Shown here: piece after piece, positions 38,689 through 48,415 of the stretch
How the letters are laid out: the number at the start of each line of letters is the position of its first letter
How positions within the stretch are numbered: the first letter of the stretch is position 1
Virus record (IMG/VR): IMGVR_UViG_3300029705_000040
Span: 38,209-102,208 of that record
From: a virus
Lineage: Duplodnaviria; Heunggongvirae; Uroviricota; Caudoviricetes
Length of the DNA stretch: 64,000 nucleotides
Reading direction: 5' to 3' (one strand)
Made by a program: the position numbers and the translations under genes
Notes under the pieces: model-generated
Told to the model about the DNA's origin: nothing
The model's database searches: none
Seen by the model: only the letters and a program-made list of their open reading frames with translations

Positions 38689-39197
38689 TTTATTATACTA
38701 GTGACTTACATATAGGTCATGAAAATATTATAAGATTATGCAACAGACCTTATGCAACTGTTGATGAAATGAACAATGATATTATTTCTAAATGGAATAA
38801 AAGAGTAAAACCTGATGATCATGTTTATATTTTAGGTGACATGTTTTTTAAGTTTCAAGATATACAATATGTTAAAGATGTTCTTAAAAAGCTTAATGGT
38901 CATAAACACTTAATTAAAGGTAATCATGATAAATTCTTAAAACAGATTAGTTGGAAAGATTATTTCGATTCGCTAGACCTTTACGCAGAAATAGCTGATA
39001 ATAATCGAATGGTTTGTTTATTCCATTATCCAATCGAAGAATGGAATGGTTACTATCGTAACTCATATATGGTTTATGGACATGTACATGAAAATATGAC
39101 TAACATAAAAAAGCATGAAAGAAAATTTAATGCTGGCGTAGATGTTAATGATTTTGAGCCTAAAACTTTAGATGAGTTAATCGAAAGGAATATTTAA
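38685..39197 (+). CDS. Metallophosphoesterase (calcineurin-like)
   Basis: SDLHIGHEN, GDMF, GNHD motifs. Confidence 0.75.
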   Translation: MIYYTSDLHIGHENIIRLCNRPYATVDEMNNDIISKWNKRVKPDDHVYILGDMFFKFQDIQYVKDVLKKLNGHKHLIKGNHDKFLKQISWKDYFDSLDLYAEIADNNRMVCLFHYPIEEWNGYYRNSYMVYGHVHENMTNIKKHERKFNAGVDVNDFEPKTLDELIERNI

Positions 39198-39200
39198 TTT

Positions 39201-39770
39201 ATGGAAAAATATCGAACAGTAGATGATTTAACTGATGATGAATTTCTTGATAAATATGATAAGTTAGTTTTTTTAGAATATTTAAAAGATGATTGCGCTG
39301 TTTTAATGGAGATGGCTAATGTAGTTGGAAATAAAGTAACTTTAGAAAAGCAACTACCATTTTCATTTCATTTTTGTGATAAAGAAGCTGTGCATCAACA
39401 ACATGGGATTAGATTAAAAGTCTTATGGAATCCATCTAAGGCTCCCTCTCAAGCAGATGGTTACATGAAAATGCATGGCGATTACGAATATGTGATTGGC
39501 TCTAAGAAATATAAACCTACAGAAAAAGAAATTTCAATTTTAAGAGATTTTTGTAAGAAGTATAAGGTTTTATTTGCTGCGGTTTGGGAAGATAAATTAA
39601 TTGCAGATGACGTTGCAGATTATCTTAAAGGTAGAATTTTATGGAAAGATCTAATGTATTGCTTTTATAATATATCAGCTAGTATGAAGGATTTGTTGAT
39701 ACACTGTCAAAACTTGAAAGATTTAGAATATGCAGTTAGACGGAATAAAATTTTTAATATGCATGATTGA
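39201..39770 (+). CDS. Hypothetical protein, 189 aa
   Basis: ORF. Confidence 0.55.
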   Translation: MEKYRTVDDLTDDEFLDKYDKLVFLEYLKDDCAVLMEMANVVGNKVTLEKQLPFSFHFCDKEAVHQQHGIRLKVLWNPSKAPSQADGYMKMHGDYEYVIGSKKYKPTEKEISILRDFCKKYKVLFAAVWEDKLIADDVADYLKGRILWKDLMYCFYNISASMKDLLIHCQNLKDLEYAVRRNKIFNMHD

Positions 39771-39778
39771 GGTAGCAT

Positions 39779-40243
39779 ATGAGATTCGATTTTAGTGATG
39801 ATATACAATGGTTGTATAGAGAATATGGTGAAAAAGCAGAGTTCTCTGGAACAATAGAATTATTAAAAAGAAAGCAAGATGAGTATAATAATGTTCTTAT
39901 GCAATTAACTAAAGTAATAGAAGATAGAGATAAAAAGATCGAAGAGTTAATTAATGAAAAAGTTAATTATAGGGACTTATACGAACAAACTAAAAAAGAA
40001 TTAGATCAGTTAAAAGATACAAATATTTGTTATAATGTAATAAATAGATTGATACAGCAAGTAAAAGATACTCAAGCGGCTTTAAGTAAAGTAGAAGGCG
40101 ATAACAATAAACTAAAAGCTAGGCTATGGGATATGTCCGAAACTCGATCTAGCAATATAGAAGATTTGCAAAAAGAAATTAAAGACTTGAAAAATAGATT
40201 AGGTTTTACGCTTGATTTATTAAATAAATTGCTTAAAATATAA
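39779..40243 (+). CDS. Coiled-coil protein
   Basis: ORF. Confidence 0.5.
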   Translation: MRFDFSDDIQWLYREYGEKAEFSGTIELLKRKQDEYNNVLMQLTKVIEDRDKKIEELINEKVNYRDLYEQTKKELDQLKDTNICYNVINRLIQQVKDTQAALSKVEGDNNKLKARLWDMSETRSSNIEDLQKEIKDLKNRLGFTLDLLNKLLKI

Positions 40244-40262
40244 TTATTAAGGTAATCTATAG

Positions 40263-40760
40263 ATGAAATATAAACATAAATTTGAAAAATATTATTTTAA
40301 CCCGGAGTTAAATGATCTAGAAGTTGATTTTAATTATATTATTGAAACTAAAATATCACTAAAGCGAGATAAAGATTACAGAGATTATTTCTTAGCAACT
40401 CTAGCTCAAACAATGTTATATGTAATTATTGTATTATTAGTTGGCTGGGGTATTTCATCACAATCAGTTGTTGGAGCTATTATAATTGATATCATTTTAG
40501 GATCTATAACGATTGTTGTTGGTGTATGTTTTGCTTTATTTAACTATTACTGTGATGATAAATCAATTTTAATAGATTTATATAAAGATGTTGAGGAATA
40601 TCAAAAATTGCAAGCGCATAATCTAGCAGAACTTGATGCTATGGAAAATTGGCGAGCAAGACACCCATTCGAGGAAACGGTTAGAAAAGCTATGAAATCT
40701 AAAAACTCTAATGATGTAGCTGATGTAATTAAAATGATTTTAGAGAGGGATACTATCTAA
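40263..40760 (+). CDS. Membrane protein
   Basis: Hydrophobic core. Confidence 0.5.
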   Translation: MKYKHKFEKYYFNPELNDLEVDFNYIIETKISLKRDKDYRDYFLATLAQTMLYVIIVLLVGWGISSQSVVGAIIIDIILGSITIVVGVCFALFNYYCDDKSILIDLYKDVEEYQKLQAHNLAELDAMENWRARHPFEETVRKAMKSKNSNDVADVIKMILERDTI

Positions 40761-41350
40761 TGTATTACTTGAGAAAACAATCTACTGAAAAATTAGCTGT
40801 TACAGATGGAAAATATACAGTTAAAGATGCAGAATACGAATTAGATAGAGCTTTATATAAGCATAAAAGATATAATAGATTCTATAGAAGTACTTATCCT
40901 GATTACAGTGATGACTTAAAACTGTGGACAGCAAAAGGCTTAAAAACAGCTTTGCAACAGAGGGTTCGTTTATGGTATTATTGCAACGAATGGTTTGATA
41001 TTTATGATGATAATGGAAAGGTATCAGAAGAAGTTTATCTAGAATATAAACCTAAAGCTCTCTATAAAGCTAAAACTACTCGAACACTTTATTACAGCGA
41101 AGAAGAAGGTGAAATAGTAGATGATAAACCTACTTATGGTTATTATGACCTTTATCGATCTGGAACAGTCTTAAAAATTTATAAATGGTTAGATTGGTAT
41201 GAAGAATGGGATTTCTATAAAGATATAAACGAGAGATTAGAAAAAGAAAGCCAATTAGTAGCTGTAACAAATTCTGGTAAACACCTCTTTACGTTTACAG
41301 ATGAGCAAGATTTTTTAGAGGAAAACTGCTGGTTTAAAATCTTATATTAA
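40760..41350 (+). CDS. Hypothetical protein, 196 aa
   Basis: ORF. Confidence 0.55.
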   Translation: MYYLRKQSTEKLAVTDGKYTVKDAEYELDRALYKHKRYNRFYRSTYPDYSDDLKLWTAKGLKTALQQRVRLWYYCNEWFDIYDDNGKVSEEVYLEYKPKALYKAKTTRTLYYSEEEGEIVDDKPTYGYYDLYRSGTVLKIYKWLDWYEEWDFYKDINERLEKESQLVAVTNSGKHLFTFTDEQDFLEENCWFKILY

Positions 41351-41361
41351 GTGAGGATTAT

Positions 41362-41631
41362 ATGATAAATACTTATCCTGAAACCTGGGCTATAAATGGT
41401 TATTTAATAAATGAGTGGCAGCGCAATGGTCATGATCTAGCTGTATATGAAATAAAAGAAATAAGTTTTTTAGATAAAGTTAAAAAAGTAGATAAAGAAT
41501 TTTTTGCAGTTATAGATGGATTTAAGATTCGAGGAAATGATTCTATATTTGTAAAGACTTTAGATGCAGCTATTGAGTTAGCAAATAATTTTGCTGATAA
41601 GAAAAATGGAGGGTATAAGCTTGAACAATAA
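41362..41631 (+). CDS. Hypothetical protein, 89 aa
   Basis: ORF. Confidence 0.5.
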   Translation: MINTYPETWAINGYLINEWQRNGHDLAVYEIKEISFLDKVKKVDKEFFAVIDGFKIRGNDSIFVKTLDAAIELANNFADKKNGGYKLEQ

Positions 41632-42025
41632 TGATATTAAACTGGATTTATCAGACTTTCAAACTGATTTAGAAACTTTCATGAAAGATTATGCTGTGCA
41701 ATACACTCAACCTGTAGCTGTACCTCAAGCTGCTGATGTTGTTGTTAACGTTATTGATGATTATGAAACAAACATTGCTTCTAAAGAAAAGCAGAATGAA
41801 GACTTATTAAAGCAGCAATTTCCTAATTTAAGTATTTTAGGAACAAATTTAGGCTCAATAATGCCTGCAGAAGAAATATCATCAGTTAAAATTTGCCACT
41901 TATGCTCGGAAGAATTTGCTGTTGGATTGCATGATTGGCGAACTATCTGCCCTAAATGTCAAAAGGCTTGGAAGATTTTACGTGATCAAGTTTTACACGA
42001 TCCTCTAGAACCTATTTTAGATTAA
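41606..42025 (+). CDS. Hypothetical protein with C-terminal zinc ribbon (start uncertain)
   Basis: CHLCS...CPKC. Confidence 0.4.
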   Translation: MEGISLNNNDIKLDLSDFQTDLETFMKDYAVQYTQPVAVPQAADVVVNVIDDYETNIASKEKQNEDLLKQQFPNLSILGTNLGSIMPAEEISSVKICHLCSEEFAVGLHDWRTICPKCQKAWKILRDQVLHDPLEPILD

Positions 42026-42031
42026 AATTTC

Positions 42032-42066
42032 AAGAATCAGCTGGAAACAGTTGATTCTTTTTTTAT
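42032..42066 (+). terminator. Hairpin terminator whose 3' arm is the -35 element of promoter copy 11
   Basis: AAGAATCAGCTG-gaaa-CAGTTGATTCTT followed by TTTTTT. Confidence 0.55.
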
Positions 42067-42079
42067 TTTATATTATAAT
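42051..42079 (+). promoter_or_regulatory. sigma70-like promoter TTGATT-N17-TATAAT (copy 11)
   Basis: TTGATT 42051-42056, TATAAT 42074-42079. Confidence 0.55.
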
Positions 42080-42111
42080 AATATTGTAAATAAATAGAAG
42101 AGGTATATTTT

Positions 42112-42543
42112 ATGGATAAATTAATTCATGTAAACGTAGAAGAAATGCAGAAAGATTGCCCTTATCTGGCCAGCAAGTTTCACTACAATGAAATGCCAAA
42201 GCCTTTCAGAGAAATCACTCAAGAGCAGTTTTATAATTATCTGGATACGTGGTGCTGTATGTATCAAGGCTCTGGTCAGATTTGCAGACCAAACGATCTT
42301 GAGGCTTTAACTGGTGATAGAAATCATGCTATGATCCCTGCTAGATATTATTTCTACGCAGAAAAAGGTCTTGCTAGACTTAAGTTTACTACCTGGTCTA
42401 AAGAAACTGGTCACGTAACTGTTACTAGATATTATGAGTTAGGGTGTAAGCATGAGTGGGAAACTATTGAAGCTGATAAATTCGAAACTGTATGCAAGTG
42501 TAAAAAATGCGGTTTGGTTCACAGCTTTCAAACGGGGTATTAA
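42112..42543 (+). CDS. Hypothetical protein, 143 aa
   Basis: AGAGGT RBS. Confidence 0.55.
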   Translation: MDKLIHVNVEEMQKDCPYLASKFHYNEMPKPFREITQEQFYNYLDTWCCMYQGSGQICRPNDLEALTGDRNHAMIPARYYFYAEKGLARLKFTTWSKETGHVTVTRYYELGCKHEWETIEADKFETVCKCKKCGLVHSFQTGY

Positions 42544-42545
42544 TT

Positions 42546-42728
42546 ATGGCTTGGAATATGACTAAAAAATGTTGTAACTGCAACACCCCTATAGCTAAGC
42601 TCGTTAAAGATAGAATCGATGAAAGACTTAAAAGTTTTGGAATAGATGATGGCTGGGTTTATAAGCCGCAATACAATGAAAATGCTTCTAAAACTGATTG
42701 TAATTATTGTAAGAGGTGCAGACCATGA
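42546..42728 (+). CDS. Small zinc-ribbon protein
   Basis: CCNCN...CNYCKRC. Confidence 0.4.
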   Translation: MAWNMTKKCCNCNTPIAKLVKDRIDERLKSFGIDDGWVYKPQYNENASKTDCNYCKRCRP

Positions 42729-43363
42729 AATATACTGTTCAAGAAATTTTTAATCTTATTGGTGAAGATAATATGAGTTTCGATGTGCTTGAAAAGCATT
42801 CTAAAAAGAGCAAGCAAATCGAATTAGAAGGTTTCCCTGTTTATGCAAAATCTCTCAGATACGCTACATTTTTTCAGAAAGGTTGCAAATGCGTAAAATG
42901 TGGGAAGGAAGGTACTTATTTTCAGCTTGATGCGTCTAAAGAAGGAAATAAAAATAGAAGACATCTCAATCTTTATTGCGAAGATGGTACGCTTATGACG
43001 AAAGATCACATTAAGCCGAAGAGTAAAGGTGGTCTAGATTGCGTTTCTAATATGCAGCCTATGTGTGAAATCTGCAATAAAGAAAAAGGAAATGCATATG
43101 ATGGAGAATGGACTGCTGAGCAGAAAGCACCTAGAGAGTATATTGTTTGTACAAATCAGCAAAATGGTAAAGAAGAGCTTTTCGATAGTATAGATGCTGC
43201 TATTTATAGTTTGTTACAAAGACAACATAATGGTATAGATATTAAAAAATTAGGTAGCAAAGTTGCCATTAAAATGATCATAAGATCAACACTTAAAGCA
43301 GCAGAAACTTTAGCAAATAATCAAACATATATGGGTTATAGATGGAGCACAGAAATTAGATGA
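42725..43363 (+). CDS. HNH endonuclease
   Basis: KDHIKPKSKGGLDCVSNMQPMCEICNKEKGN; GAGG precedes ATG 42725. Confidence 0.75.
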   Translation: MKYTVQEIFNLIGEDNMSFDVLEKHSKKSKQIELEGFPVYAKSLRYATFFQKGCKCVKCGKEGTYFQLDASKEGNKNRRHLNLYCEDGTLMTKDHIKPKSKGGLDCVSNMQPMCEICNKEKGNAYDGEWTAEQKAPREYIVCTNQQNGKEELFDSIDAAIYSLLQRQHNGIDIKKLGSKVAIKMIIRSTLKAAETLANNQTYMGYRWSTEIR

Positions 43364-43512
43364 GGCGTGTACAAATTAAAGTAATACAATATGGGTATGT
43401 ATCAGTCGATGATGATGCTGATGACTCAGAAATTGTTAGAGATCTTGAAACAATGGATTTAGATCAGCTAAGAAATTATTTAAATAATGATTTTGATGTA
43501 GAGGTTGTTTAA
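43360..43512 (+). CDS. Small acidic protein, 50 aa
   Basis: ATGA-coupled ORF. Confidence 0.35.
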   Translation: MRRVQIKVIQYGYVSVDDDADDSEIVRDLETMDLDQLRNYLNNDFDVEVV

Positions 43513-45656
43513 TGGAAAAATCTTTGGTAGAAAAAGTTATACTCGGTTACGAAGAGGCTACAGGAAATAAAATTGATAGTAAGAAAGTTAATCTTGCTAG
43601 CGAAGCTTCCTGGTCTGCTAAAAAAGCTTTAGATTCGCTTGAGTATGAGCCTACTGGGAATCTTGCAATTTTACTTATCCGAAAAGCTTGGGAAGAGTTT
43701 CTCAACGAAAGCCATCTCAAGATTCGCGAATTATTAAATCCTGATTTTGAAAAAGATCTTGAAACTATCAGAAATTTTAATAAAGAAATGCGAGAAGGTG
43801 AGGCTGGAAAAATTTTAGACTCTACTATCTCTACTATAAAGAAAATTTCTCAAAAATTTGGCATCAGCGATTTTGATTCTATAGATGTTACACGCTTCAT
43901 TGATATTTTCGAAGAATGCTTTTCAAATATTTATCGGAAATACGAGGTTGATAAAATTCTCTGCTCAGATAATAAAGAGGGTGAGCCTTTTATCGCTGTG
44001 CATGAGTATCATTTCAAGTCCCTAAAGGATTTTGTAGATTGCTTAAAGCGCTCTAATAATTGTATAGCTTACGCAAAAATAGATGCTTTATATGATTACG
44101 AAGAGACTGATGAGTATGATATTTTCTTCGCTTTTGGCTGTAGGTGTGGTAACTATGTTTATATAAATAGTCCTAGAGATAATCATGCTACGCCTGTTTC
44201 TAGAGATATTAAAAAGACTAGAAATCCTGGTAAGAAATTAAGAAATATGGCTGATAGCACTTACATGCCTTATTATGATCTTATTGGTAAGAAAGAAGTT
44301 AGTACTGATACTGCTTTAGTAGCTATCGATCCTAATTTAACACCTATCAATAAAATTTGTGAACTTTATGACCTTTATGCTAAGTTAGCTATTTGTACAT
44401 CTATAGCTGCTGTTTATCAAAAATATTTTATTGATAAGACTGTAGATATCAGGTATAATAGTATAGAGAGAGCTTGGGTGCCTGTTACAGATAGTTATTT
44501 TGGCGAAGAAATTAAACTTCTTCCAAATAAAAATACTACAGCCTTAGCCTTACCGGGTGAATTGCAACTTCCAGTAGTTAGCAGACATGATCTTGAAATG
44601 ATGAGCCCCGATATTTATGCTAAAAATATAGGTTTCTGGGATTGGTATGTTAAAGAATATATTAAAGATGATGAGCTTAACGAACCTGTTGCTATAAAAG
44701 AATTTATAGGAAATAAGCGAGAAGCTGAAAGGCGTGTTTGGTGGACTTATCGAAATATGGCTAAAACATTAGTCAATGAGAGACGCACTAAAGATATTGC
44801 AAAAGATTTTTATTGTATTGATACTTTCAAAAAGACTGGTAAACTAGAGGATCTTAGTGCAGAGCTCAGAGAATATGATAGTTGGGGTAAACCTATTAAC
44901 GCTTCCTGGGAAGAAATAAGTGGCTATAAGACATATTTTTTGCGTAGCTTACCTACTATCCATTTTCTTAAAAATTTCTCAGCAGCTGAAAAACTCAGCA
45001 ATAATTTAGAAGTAATTATACGTGATATTCTCACTGGTGGGACAAATTATGCTAAAAATACTGGTTGGGGACACAGCTCTACGTATTATCTCAATGATAA
45101 AATTATGGAAAGGGATGAGACTGGCTTAGAATATATTATAGCAGAAAATCTTGAGAATCCAAATTTTAGAGCTGATACTTTAGATAGAGATATTTGTAGC
45201 GCAAGTGATGCTAGAAGTGATTATAATCATCTAATAAAATATAAAAATCACAGAGAATATCAGAGAGAACTTTATAATAAAGACTTTAATGCAAGAATAT
45301 GTTATCAGTTAGATGATGATACTATTGATGTGATTATTGGCGATGCAAAAAATAAAGATTATGAATTTAAACTTAAAGCTACTACTGTTTATGATTTATG
45401 TTATCTTTTAGGTGTAAAACGTAATGAGCTTCCTAAAGCACTTCGCAGATGGTTATCTAAAAGAAGATGTTTCCATCCAGATACTGGTAATCATATACTT
45501 AATGTAACTGATCCTATGGATAGAATGTTTGATTGGGTTGACGAATGCCTTAGCTTTGAGATCTGTGTATATACATCTAAATCAGAGTTAAATAAATTAG
45601 CTAAAAAACTTAATGTTGATCTTAATATTAGAGATAGAGAATGGAGGAATGATTAA
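43512..45656 (+). CDS. Hypothetical protein, 714 aa
   Basis: Long ORF; no motif recognised. Confidence 0.7.
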   Translation: MEKSLVEKVILGYEEATGNKIDSKKVNLASEASWSAKKALDSLEYEPTGNLAILLIRKAWEEFLNESHLKIRELLNPDFEKDLETIRNFNKEMREGEAGKILDSTISTIKKISQKFGISDFDSIDVTRFIDIFEECFSNIYRKYEVDKILCSDNKEGEPFIAVHEYHFKSLKDFVDCLKRSNNCIAYAKIDALYDYEETDEYDIFFAFGCRCGNYVYINSPRDNHATPVSRDIKKTRNPGKKLRNMADSTYMPYYDLIGKKEVSTDTALVAIDPNLTPINKICELYDLYAKLAICTSIAAVYQKYFIDKTVDIRYNSIERAWVPVTDSYFGEEIKLLPNKNTTALALPGELQLPVVSRHDLEMMSPDIYAKNIGFWDWYVKEYIKDDELNEPVAIKEFIGNKREAERRVWWTYRNMAKTLVNERRTKDIAKDFYCIDTFKKTGKLEDLSAELREYDSWGKPINASWEEISGYKTYFLRSLPTIHFLKNFSAAEKLSNNLEVIIRDILTGGTNYAKNTGWGHSSTYYLNDKIMERDETGLEYIIAENLENPNFRADTLDRDICSASDARSDYNHLIKYKNHREYQRELYNKDFNARICYQLDDDTIDVIIGDAKNKDYEFKLKATTVYDLCYLLGVKRNELPKALRRWLSKRRCFHPDTGNHILNVTDPMDRMFDWVDECLSFEICVYTSKSELNKLAKKLNVDLNIRDREWRND

Positions 45657-45658
45657 TT

Positions 45659-46210
45659 ATGTTGATTTGTATCTTAGCTATAACTATACCACTTCTTTTA
45701 GGTTTATTATGGCTTATTTTCAAGATTGGTGATGTTTGTTACGATAAAGCTTATGATAATTATCATAAATTGAGATGGGAATTAAATTATAAAGAAGATA
45801 ATCCAGAATTAAAAATTGCTAGGAAAAAGCTAGATAAGCTTAATTGGACTACTAGAAATAATTGTACAGAACCTTTTGGTATCAGTTTCTTTATCAGCTT
45901 AATGCTTCCATTTTTCGCTTTTTTAATTCTTTTATGTATGAGAAGTCCATATACAGACAATAAGGAATATTTAAAAATTAAGCATGAGAAAGATGTTTTA
46001 GAATATAGACTGGAATCAGATGTAGAAATTGGAAACGAACTTCTGTATAATGATATAGTAGACTTTAATAATAAGTTAACTGATTATAAATTAGGTAGAG
46101 AAAATATTTGGGTAAGCTGGTATTTTAATCCAAAAATTTCTGATATTTCATATATAGACTACAAAAGTGGAAAGGAATCGCCAGAAGTTATTCCCGAAAT
46201 TAATTCATAA
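45659..46210 (+). CDS. Membrane protein, 183 aa
   Basis: Two hydrophobic helices. Confidence 0.5.
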   Translation: MLICILAITIPLLLGLLWLIFKIGDVCYDKAYDNYHKLRWELNYKEDNPELKIARKKLDKLNWTTRNNCTEPFGISFFISLMLPFFAFLILLCMRSPYTDNKEYLKIKHEKDVLEYRLESDVEIGNELLYNDIVDFNNKLTDYKLGRENIWVSWYFNPKISDISYIDYKSGKESPEVIPEINS

Positions 46211-46230
46211 AATTTGGAGGTACATAATAT

Positions 46231-47460
46231 ATGTTAAATGCAAGAGGTGTGCGTGAGCTCGCATATGTTGTGCAAGTAGATTCTGTAGAATCTATGGTTG
46301 GCTATGATAGTCTTGAAATAGCTACAGTAAACGGTTGGAAATGTGTAGTCGGAAAGGGATCTATGAAAGCTGGTGACCTAGCTATATATTTCGAAATTGA
46401 TTCTAAGCTTCCTGATGTTGAACCCTTTAATCTTAATTCTGCTTTAGTAAAATATAAGTTCAAGATTAAGACTCAACGTTTTGGTAGAGGTGGTATTCCT
46501 TATATCTCTCAAGGTTTGCTTATGTCTCTAACCGAATTTGGTGATAAGTTAAAGAATATTAAACTAGGCGATTTCCTAACTGAAAAACTTAATATTACAT
46601 ATTACGAAGTAGAAGATAATACTAGAAAAGCTAATAAAGATAAGTATACTTCCATGAGGGACCGTCATAAGAAGTTTTTCAAGACGAAGTTTGGTAGATG
46701 GCTCATGCGCCATGAGTTTACTAGAAAGATTTGTTTCCTATTCTTAGGTAAGAAGAAGGATAAGAAGACGGATTGGCCTAACTGGGTAGTTAAAACTGAT
46801 GAGGAAAGATGTCAGAACTGCTTTAATCAGATGAAGGCACTCAATAAGAAGTGGTTAACTACTGAAAAGATCGATGGTTCTTCTGCTACATATACGATGA
46901 AAAATACTAGAAATAAGAAAAATCGTGAGATGCTTGTCTGCTCTAGAAATGTTGTTTTCAACGCACCAGAAAAAGAAGCTAGAAATTTCTATAAAGATAC
47001 TGATGGTAACATTTGGCTAGAAATGGCTGCGAAGTATGATATGAAAACTGTTTTAGAAACTATTTTAGATAACGATCCTAATCTAGAATTTGTAACAATA
47101 CAGGGCGAAGTTTATGGCGGAAAGATTCAGAAGAGAAATTATGGTCCTGAGCATAGACTTGCTATTTTCAATGTCATACTTAAGCAAAATGGAAAAGCTC
47201 CAGTTCGTATGAATCCTGTTGAAATGGAAAATTACATTTTTGATCTCAATAGTAAGTATGAATTTAATCTAACAACAGTTCCTGTGTTAGAATCTGGGTT
47301 TGAACTTCCTGAAACTGTTGAGGAACTTTTGGAAATAGCTACTGGAAATTCTGTTATAGATGGTGGTCCTAGAGAGGGTATTGTTTTACGTACAGAAGAT
47401 GGTGTAAACAGTTTCAAAGCTGTTTCGAACCAATTCTTGTTAGATTTCCATAACAACTAA
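46231..47460 (+). CDS. ATP-dependent RNA ligase-like nucleotidyltransferase with an N-terminal OB/tRNA-binding-like domain
   Basis: Nucleotidyltransferase motif I, KIDGSS; N-terminal AYVVQVDSVESMVGYDSLEIATVNGWKCVVGKG resembles tRNA-binding OB folds. Confidence 0.65.
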   Translation: MLNARGVRELAYVVQVDSVESMVGYDSLEIATVNGWKCVVGKGSMKAGDLAIYFEIDSKLPDVEPFNLNSALVKYKFKIKTQRFGRGGIPYISQGLLMSLTEFGDKLKNIKLGDFLTEKLNITYYEVEDNTRKANKDKYTSMRDRHKKFFKTKFGRWLMRHEFTRKICFLFLGKKKDKKTDWPNWVVKTDEERCQNCFNQMKALNKKWLTTEKIDGSSATYTMKNTRNKKNREMLVCSRNVVFNAPEKEARNFYKDTDGNIWLEMAAKYDMKTVLETILDNDPNLEFVTIQGEVYGGKIQKRNYGPEHRLAIFNVILKQNGKAPVRMNPVEMENYIFDLNSKYEFNLTTVPVLESGFELPETVEELLEIATGNSVIDGGPREGIVLRTEDGVNSFKAVSNQFLLDFHNN

Positions 47461-47473
47461 AAAAAATTATTAG

Positions 47474-47505
47474 AGAATCAGCTAGAAATAGTTGATTCTT
47501 TTCTT
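47474..47505 (+). terminator. Hairpin (AGAATCA/TGATTCT) + T-run overlapping the -35 of promoter copy 12
   Basis: Inverted repeat 47474-47480 / 47493-47499. Confidence 0.4.
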
Positions 47506-47520
47506 TATTTATCATATAAT
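47492..47520 (+). promoter_or_regulatory. sigma70-like promoter TTGATT-N17-TATAAT (copy 12)
   Basis: TTGATT 47492-47497, TATAAT 47515-47520. Confidence 0.55.
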
Positions 47521-47539
47521 AATATAGAGGAATAAGATT

Positions 47540-47959
47540 ATGTTTAAATTGCTTACGGATTCAGAAAAAATAGATGTTCAAAATACTATTTTAAATGTTC
47601 AAGAGCTTATTACTAAAACAAAAGAGACTAAACTTTATGATAATTTAATAGATGCAGTAGAATGCATGCAATTATTATTAAGTTTGGTGATTAAAAGCGA
47701 AAAAATGCTGACAGAAGCTATTGATCCAGATACTAAAACAAACTATTCTGTAAAACTTTCAGAAGAAGATATTTGGGACCTTCTAGAAAGTGATGAGTTG
47801 TGTAATAATGAAATTGGTCTAAATTACATAGATGAGCTTCCAACTAGCATCGATACTATAAGTAGATTGAGAGAAATTAAAATGAAAAATGTATATCTAC
47901 AAAAAGACTTAGAAGATCTTATGTATGATATGATTGCGAGGTTATTATATGTCGAATAA
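47540..47959 (+). CDS. Hypothetical protein, 139 aa
   Basis: AGAGGA RBS. Confidence 0.55.
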   Translation: MFKLLTDSEKIDVQNTILNVQELITKTKETKLYDNLIDAVECMQLLLSLVIKSEKMLTEAIDPDTKTNYSVKLSEEDIWDLLESDELCNNEIGLNYIDELPTSIDTISRLREIKMKNVYLQKDLEDLMYDMIARLLYVE

Positions 47960-48407
47960 ATATATGGAATTAGCTAGGAAAAAAGCTTTAGAAACTAGCC
48001 AGAATAATATTGGTGGCCCCTTCGGTTGCTGCATAGTTAAAGATGGTAATGTTATTTGCGTGGCTTCTAACTCAGTTATAAGAGATAATGACCCAACTGC
48101 TCATGGTGAAATAAATGCTATCAGAGAAGCTGGTAAAATTTTAGGTACATATGATTTAAGTGGTTGCGAATTGTTCACTTCGTCTTACCCATGTCCTATG
48201 TGCTTATCCGCTATTATTTGGGCAAACATTAAAAAAGTATATTATGGTTGCACTGTTAAAGATGCTGAACAAATCGGTTTTAGAGATGATTTTATCTACA
48301 ACTATCTGCAAAATGGTGGTGACATAATTGATCTAGAAGAGGTAGATCGAGCTGAATGCTTAAAAGTCTTTGAAAAGTATCTTTTTGAAAACAAAACTAT
48401 TTATTGA
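47949..48407 (+). CDS. CDA-fold zinc deaminase, closest to guanine deaminase GuaD
   Basis: NIGGPFGCCIVKDG...NDPTAHGEINAIREAG...CELFTSSYPCPMCLSAIIWANIKKVYYG...GFRDDFIY is nearly collinear with B. subtilis GuaD. Confidence 0.8.
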   Translation: MSNKYMELARKKALETSQNNIGGPFGCCIVKDGNVICVASNSVIRDNDPTAHGEINAIREAGKILGTYDLSGCELFTSSYPCPMCLSAIIWANIKKVYYGCTVKDAEQIGFRDDFIYNYLQNGGDIIDLEEVDRAECLKVFEKYLFENKTIY

Positions 48408-48415
48408 GGTGATTT

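Noticed and set aside
47949-48407. Considered whether the CDA-fold deaminase could be a TadA/ADAT-like tRNA A34 deaminase, explaining the A34 tRNAs
   Set aside because: The sequence is nearly collinear with Bacillus GuaD guanine deaminase (GIGGPFG…TAH.E..AIR…PCPMC…GF.D.FIY). It lacks the TadA-specific C-terminal helix, so a nucleobase or nucleotide deaminase is the safer call.
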